Shown here in pieces: positions 40,611-57,496 of a stretch of DNA of 64,000 nucleotides. Under the pieces are notes generated by a model. The model worked only from the letters and a program-made list of their open reading frames with translations. It made no database searches and had not been told where the DNA came from. Within the stretch, counting starts at the first letter, position 1; the number at the start of each line of letters is the position of its first letter. Both the position numbers and the translations under genes were made by a program. The stretch lies in assembly GCA_964016885.1 (NCBI GenBank), contig OZ024751.1, positions 41,664,001-41,728,000 of the forward strand, in the 5' to 3' direction. The stretch is from Eledone cirrhosa. Lineage: Eukaryota.

Positions 40611-40671
<61 letters not shown>

Positions 40672-40698
40672 CATACATATACATATATACATACATAC

Positions 40699-40755
<57 letters not shown>

Positions 40756-40776
40756 CATACATATATATACATATAT

Positions 40777-40881
<105 letters not shown>

Positions 40882-40927
40882 ATATATATATAATATAAAT
40901 TCAAAAGATGGTTAAAAGAGTTCCAAG

Positions 40928-40998
40928 TATTTTATTATGCGCATTTCAAAAACAAATATCATCATGGGATGAAATTTGCGTTCTCATCAGATAAAATA
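40928..40998 (-). ncRNA. Minimal type-I hammerhead ribozyme (family C)
   Basis: Reverse complement: tattttat-CTGATGA-gaacgcaaat...atttgttttt-GAAA-tgcgca-TA-ataaaata. Confidence 0.85.
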
Positions 40999-41137
40999 GG
41001 GAGACATGATATGAAGCTTAAAAAACACTTGTGAATAGTGAAGTGTTAAATCAACATATGGAAAATAAAGCAAGATGGATGTATGAGGTTGGGAAAAAAA
41101 GGAGGGGAGGGGGTAGGAAAAAAGTACGGAAGAGGAA

Positions 41138-41195
<58 letters not shown>

Positions 41196-41199
<4 letters not shown>

Positions 41200-41615
41200 G
41201 GAGGAGGTTATAGTTCACTTGAAGCATTGTGTAATGAGGTATAAACGTTAGAATATGTGTAATAAGGCCAAGACAATGCAGATATGGACATAGAAAAAAG
41301 AATGCAATAGTGAAAGATATTGATGTGAATTCGTCTTTCACCTTGAATTTATTTAAATGTCCTTAATTTTCGAGATAATATCTCTTCTTCGGAGGGAAGT
41401 AAAGGTCTCAGACCAGCGTCTTTAAATTTCTAGGTCTTTAAAGGTCTGAGACCTTTACTTCCCTCCGAAGAAGAGATATTATCTCGAAAATTAAGGACAT
41501 TTAAATAAATTCAAGGTGAAAGACGAATTCACATCAATATCTTTCACTATTGCATTCTTTTTTCTATGTCCATATCTGCATTGTCTTGGCCTTATTACAC
41601 ATATTCTAACGTTTA
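41196..41615. mobile_element. Palindromic insert (about 174-bp arms) with about 45 nt tail, in (TA)n
   Basis: Arms 41241-41414 and 41443-41615, tail 41196-41240. Each arm carries cct-CCGAAGA-a-gagatattatctc-GAAA-at-TA-agg (41462-41496 on +). Confidence 0.9.
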
Positions 41616-41628
41616 TATATATATATAT

Positions 41629-41712
<84 letters not shown>

Positions 41713-41717
41713 CATAC

Positions 41718-41879
<162 letters not shown>

Positions 41880-42306
41880 GGAAAAGAAAACACACCTACA
41901 CCATTCCTATCCTACCTACAGCAATATTATAATTGCTTAATACTTAGCGTTAAGTGATGTCAATGATAATTTCATTCTCCATTGTCACACTAGTAGCGTT
42001 ACAGCGCTGAAACCGCCATATTAGAATAGCCAATTTATGCATAAAATTCATAAAAAGTCATAAAAACCACAAAACAGGATTATTTTTTCTATATACTTTT
42101 CTTTTCCTGCTTTCTATTTCAGGGTGTATTGCATATAATTAAATCGTATATATTTTAATCATGGTTATCTAAGTATTTTCTAGAATTTAATGACAATTAT
42201 TACCGTTAGCTCTAATTAAATATTTATTATCTTCCTGTACAAATCTTCGAAAATATATTATTTATAGTTTATGATATTTCGTCGACAGATACATACATAT
42301 ATATAT

Positions 42307-43022
<716 letters not shown>

Positions 43023-43284
43023 AAAAGGTAAACAAAAATAACAATGCAAACAACACAGTACAATGAAACATTAGCTTAATAGTCGACATAGTAGAAAAAG
43101 ACACAAGTCCTTCATCAGAAGATAAAATGAGAAATAAAAGATGAAATAGAAAGATAGATAGTGGGGATATGTGTGTGTGGTGTGTGTGTGGCGTGTGTGT
43201 GTGTGTGTGTGCATTAAGAGAGAGAGAGAGAGAAAGAAAAAGTTATAGGCTATTCTGTTTCTCTTTCTGTCTATATATATATAC

Positions 43285-43858
<574 letters not shown>

Positions 43859-44529
43859 GTATATATATATATATCGCTTTCTTTGACTCTCTTTCCTTCT
43901 CCGTTTGTTCCTTTTCTTTTCTCCTCGGATTAAAACAAAAACAAAAACAAAAACATAAACAAAATGAAAACAAGTCAAAACATTCAATGGTGAATCCCAG
44001 GTAGAATTCGCAGTAGATTCCACGTGTGATATGTCCGTGTCTGTTTCTGTTTGTATTAGTAAAACCATCATGGATATTACTTTTCTTTTGTGAAAATTTT
44101 AAACAGAATTACAAGGTTGTCAACGAACGTTTTTGTAACAGATTTTTATTTCGTGTACAATATTATAAAGAGTTACGACAGCTCCTTGTTGTTAACGCAT
44201 GATCAACCAACGATAACGTGTCCTACTTGTGTGCCCAAGGGAATAGTTTGTATCAAGAAGTTTACAACTTTTATGTTTACATTAGGATTTTGTTATACTG
44301 TGGTATGTCTGAATCACGTTTTGTGGTTTGTTAGCTCAGAATTTCATGTATACGACGACAAGGAGGAGGAGGAAGATGTTAATACTTGGTGTTTGTATAA
44401 TATATTCTATGACTGTAGTTATAGCTTTTTACATGGCTTCTGTTTTATTACTTTTCAAATGATCTATTCATTGATTCTTTAATAGCGGCGTATTTGATAT
44501 TTTTTATGGTATAATATATAATTCTTTCT

Positions 44530-45010
44530 AAAATTGGTCTCAAGGCTTGCAATTTGGGAAAAGAGGAAAGTTGATTGTATCAACCCCAGTAATTTACTGG
44601 TACTTTTTAATCGACTTAGGAAGAATTAAAGGCAAAGTTGAACTCAGCTAGATTTAAAGGCAAGGTTGAACTCAGCTAGATTTAAAGGCAAGGTTGAACT
44701 CAGCTAGATTTAAAGGCAAGGTTGAGCTCGGCTAGATTTAAACTCAGAACGTAAAAAGTCCTAACTAAATGTCGGAAAGCATTTTTTTGGACGCTCTACC
44801 AATTATGCAAATCCACCGCTCTAACATATCCAAATATAATGATTTCTAATTTAGCCACAAGACCAGCAATTTGTGGAGAGTGGAATGTCGATTATATCAG
44901 GCCCCAGTACTTTACTGGTACATTTTTTATCGACGCAGGAAGTATGAAAGGCAAATTTGACATCGACGGAATTTGAACTCAGAATGTAGAAAGTCATAAC
45001 TAAACACCTT
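44530..45010 (-). mobile_element. Two SINE copies, the first with an internal 28-bp x4 tandem expansion (44628-44740)
   Basis: aaaggcaaggttgaactcagctagattt repeated. Confidence 0.8.
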
Positions 45011-45799
45011 ATTTTAGAGAATATTATATGTATATAATGTATATAATATTATACTATATATAATATGTATATAATATGTGAGGTTTTGTATAGTTTTACT
45101 GTATATGATATGTATATATACTATATATATATATATGTCTATATACTATATATAATATGTATATATACTATATATATGTCTATATACTATATATAATATG
45201 TGTTCGGCACCGATCTTGGTATGATGACATCACTCTGTTCTGACTTCTTCGTATCGTTCCCGTGGTTATATTATGGTTAGACATGTCTGTGGAATACTCA
45301 ACCACTTACACTATAAGACAAGATAGACCCCCCCCCCCCAAAAAAAAATATTTATTGTTGGTCTTGTGCCTATACCAGAAACCATTATCTTTAATAGACC
45401 TCATTTCTGACAAATGATTCCAGTCCTGTTATTTGATATATTGCCGTTTCTACAGTCTCAAATATCTAACATAATTTGCATATATGTTAATTCATATTAG
45501 CACTTTGTTCAGCAATAAAATCAATCAATATTTTGTTAAATGAGCAGTATTGAATTAGCAATATCTATATCTTCGTTATGTTCTGATGTTACTTAAAAGC
45601 TAAAATGCTAAAATGTTTAACAAGGTTGCTTATTTGTTTAAATAGCAGAAATTATTGATTTTAAGTTTTATAATGTATTCTTTAAACACTATCAAACTGA
45701 AGCTTCTGTTGAACTAATCTATTTTCTTGGATTTTTTTTTTATACGAGTATTTACTTTTTTTGTTTACCCTTAAACGAAAAACGAAATGTGAAAGAATA

Positions 45800-46340
<541 letters not shown>

Positions 46341-47844
46341 GTTTGTGTATGTAATCTCCATAATTAACAAACTCTTCTTCCCTACCTCCTATGTGTTGTT
46401 GACGTTAATTTCGTGGAGTTTCTACATCCAATCTCAAAAGACAACGTGGGATCACCAACTTGACCCCAATTTTCGACATTTCAGGTTCACAATAATATCT
46501 CATCTACAAATGCTTACCAGTGTTTGACCCATTTCTTTACATTCTGAGTTCAAATCCTATTATGGTCAAATTTCCATTTCATCCTTTTGAGGTCGATAAA
46601 ATAAAGTACCAATCACTTACCGGAGTTGGTATAATCGACATCCTATGTCCATCACCACCAAAAAGAAATTGCTGGCATTTTGGCAAAATTAGAAACAGTA
46701 ATTTCATCATCGTCCCCAGTATTTAACTAGTACTTTTTTGCCGATTTTGAAAAGATGAAACACAAAATTGACCTAGACTAGATTTAAGCTCAGAGAGTAC
46801 ATACAGGCGGAACCAATAGAGGAAAGAATATCATCCAATGTTATTCCGACTCTGCCGATTCACAGTTTCTTCTTTACTATTTAAGAAAAAACAAATACTC
46901 TACCGCATCAGTTTGTTTTAAAACTAGTTTTTATATAATTTATATAAGCACAAGAACCATGAATTTGTAGAACTATCCGACATTTCAGAAAGTCTTACAA
47001 TAATGTTAATCATGTCACGATGTCAGTCGAACAACAATGAGCATCTTTCTAATTACGTTACATTTTCTCTTCTGGGGGGCGTTTTATTTTAAATTTGTAT
47101 TTGTAAGCGTTTCATTTTCTAATCATTTAGAAATTTTACTCTTTTTCAAACCAATAGACCTCAAGTAATTTCATTTTACTTATACATGTAAATTGATTAT
47201 CGAGGAGAGTGAATCAATATTAGTTTGAACATGGAGCTATACATCAGTCACGTAAAGGATAATCTTGATTAAAAGATATTAGTTTGTTCCTATGTATTTC
47301 ATTATCAATCGTTTGTATAGTCACTCATTTTTTGTTCATTTTCAATGGAACAGAGATATTTTATTAGCAACCAGAAACAGAAACACAGTTACCTAGTTAT
47401 TGGTACTAGGAAGTGATCAGTATATTTAACACAGCAATAATCCATTGTCATTAAATTAGTTGTTTTATGTATGCCTTATGCTACAGATGTGAGTGAAGCA
47501 CATACTCCTCACCTCCGTACAATTTCATCCCCAGCTTTTCGCCCCTACTATATTAATGGTTTCCCTCGTGTATAATTATTGCTTCAATGCAATAAGAGTA
47601 ATTAGTCATTAGATTTTCTTGCTTGGCTATGGTACGAAGATGGACTGAAGCGTTCATAGGTTGACTATGAAGGAGTGATGCTAGAGTTGTGAAATCTTGC
47701 ATGCATTAATTTCAACTCTTTTTATTAATAAGTTCATTATTTATTTCCATGAACAATGTTGGAAAATAAACCTCATTTGAAAACTGTTCAGTCTATGAAC
47801 TTCTTAACTATTTGGTCATACTGTGTCCAACATCATAATTGTTT

Positions 47845-48720
47845 GGTGGATTGGCAGTATCGGTAGAGGATCGGACGCCATGCTTTGCAGCAAAGAGTTA
47901 CGGCCCTTTACGGTCTGAGTTCAAATCCCTCTGAGGTTAACTTTGCCTTTCATCCTTACGGGTCGATAAAATAAAGTATCAGTAATACACTGGGATAATT
48001 GCTGGCCTTGTGCCAAAAGTAGAAATAATAATTGTTTTCTAAGTCATCGTCGTCATTGACGATAGCCCCATTGTCATAATTTAACTCGTTGTCTTCCTTG
48101 TTAAATTATTCACTAGATTGTGCTACAATCGAAGTGTTAATACACGTTCGACTGATCTAAAGCCGTACAGCATCAGTAAATACTCACGTCACAATTATTA
48201 CCCCCCACCACGCCACCCCCACATGCATCACTCCCACATACCCCACCCCACATAACACCCCCACCCCCACATGACATACCACTCCCACACCCATCATCCC
48301 CCACATCTATCGCCCCCATACACCCCACCCCCACACGACACCCCACCCCACCTTTAATTCCGTATCGATAAAATTAGATTTCCAGCAAGAAATATTTTGC
48401 TTCGAATATTGAAAACGATTGTTCAATGTTATTCTTTTATTATGCGCTTCTTCGCTAAAGAGCTCTTGTACCTTTTCCAGCTGTAGGAAATCGTCGTCGT
48501 TGCTGAGGAATTAGTATTATTCGGTAGAGAGCGGTGGATTGGCAGTATCGGTAGAGGGTCGGACGCCATGCTTTGAAGCGTAGAGTTACTTCCCTTTACG
48601 ATCTGAGTTCAAATCCCGCCGAGGTTAATTTTGCCTTTCATCCTTACGGGGTCGATAAAATAAAGCACCAGTAATGCACTGGGATAATTGCTGGCCTTGT
48701 GCCAAAAGTAGAAACAATTA
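47845..48720 (+). mobile_element. Two full-length SINE copies (47845-48030 and 48530-48720)
   Basis: Family consensus match. Confidence 0.9.
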
Positions 48721-49254
48721 TTCATTAGAGCACCGGACAACATGCTTTTCAGCATAGAGTTACGGCCTTTTATGCCTTAAATTTAAGGCGTTTCTCACCA
48801 CAAGAAATTCTTGAAACTTTAACAAATCTTGCTGTCATATCATAAAAGTTCAGGGCTAAAATTGCTCTGTTCGCTGACAAAATCAATCAGAAAAGAAAAA
48901 CTGATAAGAATTTACCAATATAAATATGTCTCCGAAAGCAAAACATCTACTTTAAAAACATATGTACTAATAAATGAATTTGATCAGTACGAGATTTTAT
49001 AATTTATTGAATTAGTTAGAGAAACATCACGGAAAGTGATTTTGTTAAATTGAACAAGAGTGGTGAAATCCCAGAGCTTGTTATCAATATAGAAGTAGAT
49101 AGACAATCACGCTAAGTTCGTTGAAACGTTAGTGAGACATAAATCCTCGTTAGGGACGTGACTTAACAGAGTTATGAGAATTATTGATATGTATATTGGC
49201 GGTTATGATATTATTAGGTCGATATATAATATTATATGGGTTGGCTAGTCAGCC

Positions 49255-49385
<131 letters not shown>

Positions 49386-49854
49386 AATATATACATATAT
49401 ACATATATGTGTGTATATAATATATATATATGTATATATATGTATATAGATATAGAGAGAGGGGGAGTTAGGTTGTAATTGATATAGAGAGGAAGGTTGG
49501 GAGAGTGTGTTGTATATTAGATATAGAGAGGGGGAGGGATTGGTGTTTATTGATATATAGAGAGAGGAATTTGAAGAGAGGAGTTCCGTGTAGTAAATAT
49601 AGAGACGGAGGAGAGTTTGGTGGTAATTGATATAGAGAGGGGGGTAGGAAGAGAGTACTGTGTAGTAGATATAGAGAGGGAGAACGTTTCGTGGTAATGA
49701 AAAGAGGGCGATGATTGATAGAGATAGACCGTGGGGTAGATATAGCGAGGTGGAGAGTTTCTTAGCGATAGATAGAGGGTAAAGAGCTAGATTAATCACT
49801 ACAACTAAAGTTGGCCCCTCCAATTCAGAACTGCTTCCACCACCCCTGAATTAA

Positions 49855-50826
49855 GCAACAACAACAACAACAACAACAAAAACAACAGCAGCAACAACAA
49901 TAACAACAGCAACAACAACAACAACAACAGCAGCAGCAGCAGCAGCAACAATAACAACAACACCAGCAACAGCAACAACAACAACAACAGCAGCAACAGA
50001 AACAACAACACAACCAGCAGCATCAACAGCAATAAAAGCAACAACAGCAACAGCAACAACAACAACAACAGCAGCAGCAGCAGCAGCAGCAACAATAACA
50101 ACAACACCAGCAACAGCAACAACAACAACAACAACAACAACAAAAGCAACAGCAGCAACAACAATAACAACAGCAACAACAACAGCAGCAGCAGCAACAA
50201 TAACAACAACACCAGCAACAGCAACAACAACAACAACAACAACAGCAGCAACAGAAACAACAACACAACCAGCAGCATCAACAGCAATAAAAGCAACAAC
50301 AGCAACAGCAACAACAACAACAACAGCAGCAGCAGAAGCAACAATAACAACAACACCAGCAACAGCAACAACAACAACAACAACAGCAACAAGAAAAACA
50401 ACAACAACAACAACAACAGCAACAGCAATAACAACAGCAACAACAACAACAACAACAACAACAGCAACAGCAATAACAACAGCAACAACAACAACAACAA
50501 CAACAGCAACAGCAACAACAACAACAACAACAGCAACAAGAAAAACAACAACAACAACAACAACAACAGCAACAGCAATAACAACAGCAACAACAACAAC
50601 AACAACAACAACAGCAACAGCAATAACAACAGCAACAACAACAACAACAACAACAGCAACAGCAACAACAACAACAACAACAGCAACAAGAAAAACAACA
50701 ACAACAACAACAACAGCAACAGCAATAACAACAGCAACAACAACAACAACAACAACAACAGCAACAGCAATAACAACAGCAACAACAACAACAACAACAA
50801 CAGCAACAGCAACAACAACAACAACT
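49855..50826. repeat. About 970-bp (AAC/AGC)n array with higher-order repeats
   Basis: Direct reading. Confidence 0.95.
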
Positions 50827-51076
50827 GCTCCCAGTAAGCAATGGCTGTCTAAACACTGATATAATATGTGGTACAATAAGATTGTTGTTTACTGCAAGTT
50901 GTGTAAATAAACCATTTCGTGGCTGGGTTTAATAAAAAGAAAGTGTTTTTCTTTTTTACAAACTATTACGAAACGACTGTTAAATATTTATCTGTGAAAA
51001 GCCACGGATTAACTGTCTCTGTGTTTACCTGTCTGTCTGTGACTGTGTATATGTATATATATATATATATATATAT

Positions 51077-51400
<324 letters not shown>

Positions 51401-51425
51401 ATATTAACAAATGGAAACTATATTT

Positions 51426-51587
51426 GAGGATCGGACGCCATGCTTTGACGCATAGAGTTACGGCCCTTGCCATTCTGAGTTCAAATCCCGCCGAGGTTGA
51501 CTTTGCCTTTCATCCTTACGGGGTCGATAAAATAAAGTACCAGTAATACACTGGGTAATTGCTGGCCTTGTGCCAAAAGTAGAAACA
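51426..51587 (+). mobile_element. 5'-truncated SINE with 7-bp target-site duplication tatattt
   Basis: The empty site is readable from the opposite palindrome arm (ggaaactgtatttataaaa). Confidence 0.9.
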
Positions 51588-51800
51588 TATATTTATAAAA
51601 CCATATTTATTTTATTATACATATTTCAAGGGCCACCAAGGCAGATTATGGTGCGCTTTCATCAGATAAAATACAATACAGATTAGTTTTATAAATACAT
51701 ATTGACATACCCTGAAAAAATGCAACCTTAACGGTTGGCGCTGCCTGGTTGCATTTTTTCAGGGTATGTCAATATTTATTTATAAAACTAATCTGTATTG

Positions 51801-51866
51801 TATTTTATCTGATGAAAGCGCACCATAATTTGCCTTGGTGGCCCTTGAAATATGAATAATAAAATA
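51801..51866 (+). ncRNA. Type-I hammerhead ribozyme (mirror copy at 51608-51673, -)
   Basis: tattttat-CTGATGA-aagcgcacca...tggtggccctt-GAAA-tatgaa-TA-ataaaata. The mirror arm has tatgta in stem III. Confidence 0.85.
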
Positions 51867-51988
51867 AATATGGTTTTATAAATACAGTTTCCATTTGTTA
51901 ATATATTGTATATTTACTCCAATAATTTGTTGAATGCTTTATATCAGTTATAAAAATATTTTAGGTTGTTGTATATATATATATATAT

Positions 51989-52021
<33 letters not shown>

Positions 52022-52024
<3 letters not shown>

Positions 52025-52183
52025 GGTGGGCCAGAATTCGTGACTCACTTGATTATTTATAGATCTATTAACACAAAATGTTATAAAACAAGTTAAGGAA
52101 TATAATGGAATATAAATTGAGAAACCTGCTAAGCATATTAAGAAATATAACTACAAGCAAGTCATGAATTCTGGCCCACCCTG
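52022..52183. mobile_element. 162-bp MITE, Tc1/mariner-superfamily type
   Basis: TIRs cagggtgggccagaattcgtgact / agtcatgaattctggcccaccctg with TA on both sides. Confidence 0.85.
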
Positions 52184-52210
52184 TATGTGTATATATATAT
52201 ATATATATGT

Positions 52211-52288
<78 letters not shown>

Positions 52289-52291
<3 letters not shown>

Positions 52292-52520
52292 ATAATAATA
52301 AAATTGAAGATTAAAATCCAAAGAGGGCTCGATAAGGAAAATATATATCAAATATATAAGAACCGTAGAGCAAATATTTATTAAAATAACAGATTAAAGT
52401 TTAAGCAACGTTTTTTGAAATATCCAGTTCTGCGTTTACAGATTGACTTTGTTAGTTTCAGAAGATCCCGTTAAGGGTGAAAGCAGCGATTCTTTGCTTA
52501 AACTTTAATCTGTTATTTTA

Positions 52521-52525
<5 letters not shown>
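52289..52525. mobile_element. Family D inverted-arm insert with tail, in (TA)n
   Basis: 52375-52407 is inverted relative to 52495-52527. The tail gtaataataataaa...ccaaagagggc recurs at about 10710-10750, 13549-13630 (reverse complement) and 57010-57120, and weakly near 59058-59090. Confidence 0.8.
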
Positions 52526-52590
<65 letters not shown>

Positions 52591-53296
52591 AACGATCACT
52601 AAGTGTCACTCAATTCAAATAAGAATATATAGCTGAGCTTAAAAAGAAGATTTTAAGTCCCATACTTGTTCACCAGAAATGTTCTCTCCATATTTGAACA
52701 GCAACCTACTGTGAAGTTGTTCAAATATTCTGACATCTCTGCACTGAAGCAGTGATCGATACCTCCTATCGCTCTGATCCATCAACAAGATCCCAAACTT
52801 CATTCGCTTGCCGAGTGGGGTGGACTTCGTTAAATCGGACGAAGGAATCAATGGCTTTTCCGTTGGTCTTTCCATTGCTGATATACTATATAATACTATC
52901 TACCGGTCACAACTCCTGGCAGAAGGAGGAACGTGAAATAAAGTGTCTTGCTCAAAGATACATCGCATCACCCTGTCCTAGAATTGAACTCGCAACCTCA
53001 CGATTGCGAATCGAACTGTCTAAGCCACGTGTCTTCACTAACTCACTTCCTATTCTAGCCCTAAATCTGTTTTATTTATCTTCAAAAGGGCTAAGACCTT
53101 ACTCAATGAGTCCCTCGTAGCTTAGAAATATATATTTACCTCGTCTTTAAAAAGTGGCATGGGCTTTAAGCACTTTAAACGCATTATCTGTAAATAAATG
53201 AATAGAAAAGATTCGATTAATTTCCAATCTGTATTGATTGATTATTTTTGTAGATTCTTGTGAAAGTTTATTGTCTGGAAATTTCAGGATTGTATA

Positions 53297-53447
53297 CTTT
53301 GCAGCATAGAGTTACGGCCCTTTATGGTCTGAGTTCAAATCCCGCCGAGGTTAACTTTGCTTTTCATACTTAAGGGGTTAATAAAATAAAGTACCAGTAA
53401 TACACTGGGAAAATTGCTGGCCTTGTGCCTAAAGTAGAAACAATTAT
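53297..53447 (+). mobile_element. 5'-truncated SINE
   Basis: Family consensus match. Confidence 0.85.
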
Positions 53448-54099
53448 GGTTTAGATCGATGAAATATATCTAAGTATAGAGAAATATATACTATGATACA
53501 CGTACATACATATATACATATATACATATACACACACATCCATACACACACGCACACACATACACACATTCATACACACACGCACAGACATTCATACACA
53601 CATACACACATTCATAAACACATACACACACATTCATACACACATACACACCTTCATTCACACATACACACACGCACACATGCACACAGACAGACACACA
53701 CAGACACACAGAGACATACACACACACGCACAGACACAGAGACACATACACACACACACAGGCACACACATACACACAGACACACAAACACATACGCACA
53801 CATACACAAGCATACACAGCCACATACACACACACACACACACACATACACACAGAGACACACACATACACACAGACACACAAACACATACGCACATATA
53901 CACAAGCATACACAGCCATACACGCCTCTTCTTTTATTTGTTATCAAAGTATTATTTTAACAAGAATTCCAATATGTACATCAAATTGATAAGACGGGAG
54001 AAGTAGGTTAACTGAAAGGCTTGACTCATCATCGTTAACGGTGTTTGCAGCATCAGCAAAATGTCAAAAGCAAAAACAAGATTTTCATTGTCATTGGCA

Positions 54100-54412
54100 A
54101 CAATATCATCACCATCATCATCATCAACATCATCACCATCAACATAATCACCATCACCATCACCATCATCAACATCATCATCATCATCATCCTCATCATC
54201 ATCACCATCAACATCATCACCATCAACATCATCACCATCAACATCATCACCATCAACATCATCACTAACAACATCATCATCATCACCATCATCACCACCA
54301 CCATCATCATCGTCCTCTTCATCATCCTCACCATCATCACCATCAACATCACCACCACCATCATCATCATCATCATCACCGTCAACATCATCATTATCTA
54401 CATCATCACCAT

Positions 54413-54443
<31 letters not shown>

Positions 54444-54464
54444 ATCATTATCTACATCATCACC

Positions 54465-54517
<53 letters not shown>

Positions 54518-55125
54518 ACTCATCATCATCATCATCATCACCATCATCATCATCATCGTAATCGCCGTCGTCGTCATCACCATCATTGTTATTATGATGA
54601 TCGTCATTGTCATCATCATCACCACCATCATTGTCATCATCATCACCATCACCATTATCAACAACAACAGCAATAACAACAACAACAACAATAATAACAA
54701 AGCATTTAACAAAATATCGAGAATTTTTAAAAATACATTATATAATGTTTAAAAAAAACAACAAAAATCAACTGCAACAACAACAGTAACAACAACAACA
54801 ACAACAGCCGGAACAACAACAACAACAATAACAACAGTAACAACAACAACAACAGCCGGAACAACAACAACAACAACAGCAACAATAACAGCAACAACAA
54901 CAGCAGCCGCAACAGCAACAACAGCAACAGGAACAACAACAAAAACAGGAACAACAGCAACAACAACAGCAGCAGTAACAACAACAGCAACAGCATCAGC
55001 AGCGGCAACAACAACAACAACAGCAACAACAACAGCAACAAAAAGAGCAGCAACAATAACAACAACAACAGCAACAGGAACAACAACAACAGCAACAGGA
55101 ACAACAACAACAACAACAGCAACAC
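54100..55125. repeat. (CAT/CAC)n array followed by (AAC/AGC)n array
   Basis: Direct reading. Confidence 0.95.
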
Positions 55126-55400
55126 ACAAAGACCTCTCAAAACTCAGAAGCAATTTTCACGAAAAACAATAGCTTCCTTCTTTTTTTTCCTCATTCATTC
55201 GAGAGTTTTGTTGCAGAAGAAAGGAAGATCACTCTCTCGATTACAAAATAAACATATTGTAATCATTCTACTAAATAATGAGCTAAATCTATTATTTTAT
55301 TTTAACACTTTGCATGAAATGCAGTTTTGGTTTTGAATAGAATTAATGGTTTGTTGTTTCAAAATCAACGACGTTGATGGAACTAATGCTGTGAATATAT

Positions 55401-55491
<91 letters not shown>

Positions 55492-55495
<4 letters not shown>

Positions 55496-55689
55496 AACGA
55501 GTAGTACCCAGACGGCTGAGCTCAAGCCGTTTCGGCGGCTAATTCTGGACTGAGTCCAGAATTAGCCGTCGAAACGGCTTGAGCTCAGCCGTCGGGGTCC
55601 TACTCGTTCCTATTACCCACTCTACTACCCTAAGTATTGAGTACTTTGGTGCGTTATGGTCCACCTGATTCCTTACCACAGTTCCTTCG

Positions 55690-55691
<2 letters not shown>
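55492..55691. mobile_element. Family A hairpin insert
   Basis: (TA)n-ggaacgagtag...ctggac tga gtccagaattagccgtcgaaacgg...gttccttcgtt-(TA)n. A tail-only fragment lies at about 29302-29353. Confidence 0.85.
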
Positions 55692-55735
<44 letters not shown>

Positions 55736-55897
55736 CCAAGATTGCTGATATTATGTCAATGGTCCCCAGCCAACGTCTAGCTAACTCAATCTGCCAAATT
55801 GCAGTAACACAACTGCAACTAGCTGTTCAGAGTGCAGGCATTTTAGTTAATAGCAAGTACGGTGGCTGTGTTTTTTGATAGAGTTTAATATAGAAAA

Positions 55898-56080
55898 TAA
55901 TTGTTTCTACTTTTGGCACAAGGCCAGCAATTACCCAGTGCATTACTGGTACTTTATTTTATCGACCCCGTAAAGGATGAAAGAGCAAAGTTAACCTCGG
56001 CGGGATTTGAACTCAGAATAGCAAGGGCCGTAACTCTATTCGTCAAAGCATGGCGTCCGACTCTCTACCGATACTGCCAA
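55898..56080 (-). mobile_element. SINE
   Basis: Family consensus match. Confidence 0.9.
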
Positions 56081-56931
56081 GAAAATAATGTTTTGTTTGA
56101 AGGTTACCACAACTTAAATTGGACGGTAAGTGTTAAAAATATGATGGTCCCTATATATTTAGGAATAAAATCCCTTCATCAAAAGATTAATGGAAGGAAC
56201 TAGTTCGGCGCTTTAGATTTTTTTGTCCCTCTTCTATACTTTACAGAATACTTCAAGCAAACTACAACACTTATATGTTAATATGAATTTATATTCTACA
56301 TTCATATATGCTATTACAATTTCACGGTTCTGAATTTCTGAAGAAGGTTTATATTTTTACTCAAGTGGGGTAGAGTGCTTAATTTAGAGCTAAAAGCATT
56401 GATACCTGCTATAAAATGCCCCAAATTTAATTTAGATTTATTACTGCAAATGATATTTATGTAAATCATGTTCAAGATAAAAACAACCTGGTTGACAATA
56501 TCTTTATTTAGTCTTCTTAAAGAATATTCAATAGAATACTAATGACTCATTAGATGTGACTATTGATTAAAACAATGACTAATACTTAGTCCCAGGTTGG
56601 TATCAAGTACGTTTTGAGATAATAGGAAAAACTTAAGAACGAAAGAAACAAAATCAAAATGTGAATATAATAACTCGTTAAACAGTAAGGTTAAGAAAAT
56701 TAACAGCACAAAACATGCAAATATGTACAAGTCTAATCAATCAATTAAATATTTGCATATAGAGACATTATATTCAGTAATCACATTAATACAATCAATA
56801 CTTTTGTGTATGATAAACACATACAACATATTAAGATTGGTTTGAATCTTTGTCTAAACTTCAGCGGTCGTTTTGAATAGAGTTAATCCTTTGTTGTTTT
56901 CAAATCAGTGACGTTGATGGAATTAATGCAG

Positions 56932-56976
<45 letters not shown>

Positions 56977-57174
56977 TATTATTACTATATATATATATAT
57001 ATATATATATAGTAATAATAATAAATTTGAAGACTAAAATCCAAAGAGGGCTCGATAAGGATAAATATATATCAAATATATAAGAACCGTAGAGCAAGTT
57101 ATTTTAATAAATATAATTTTAATAAATATATATATATATTTATTTATTTATATATGTATATATATATATATTTA

Positions 57175-57358
<184 letters not shown>

Positions 57359-57449
57359 CTGGATTAATTCCATCAACGTCACTGATTTGAAAACAACAAA
57401 GGATTAACTCTATTCAAAACGACCGCTGAATTTTAGACAAAGATTCAAA

Positions 57450-57494
<45 letters not shown>

Positions 57495-57496
<2 letters not shown>

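Noticed and set aside
49805-50876. Long poly-L/V/C ORFs, and all YI, CV, RE and KERK-type ORFs in the track
   Set aside because: Translations of simple sequence repeats.
52455-52495. CAGAAGA-tccc...gggt-GAAA motif in a family D insert
   Set aside because: No UH cleavage site or stem I. Possibly a decayed HHR but not supportable.
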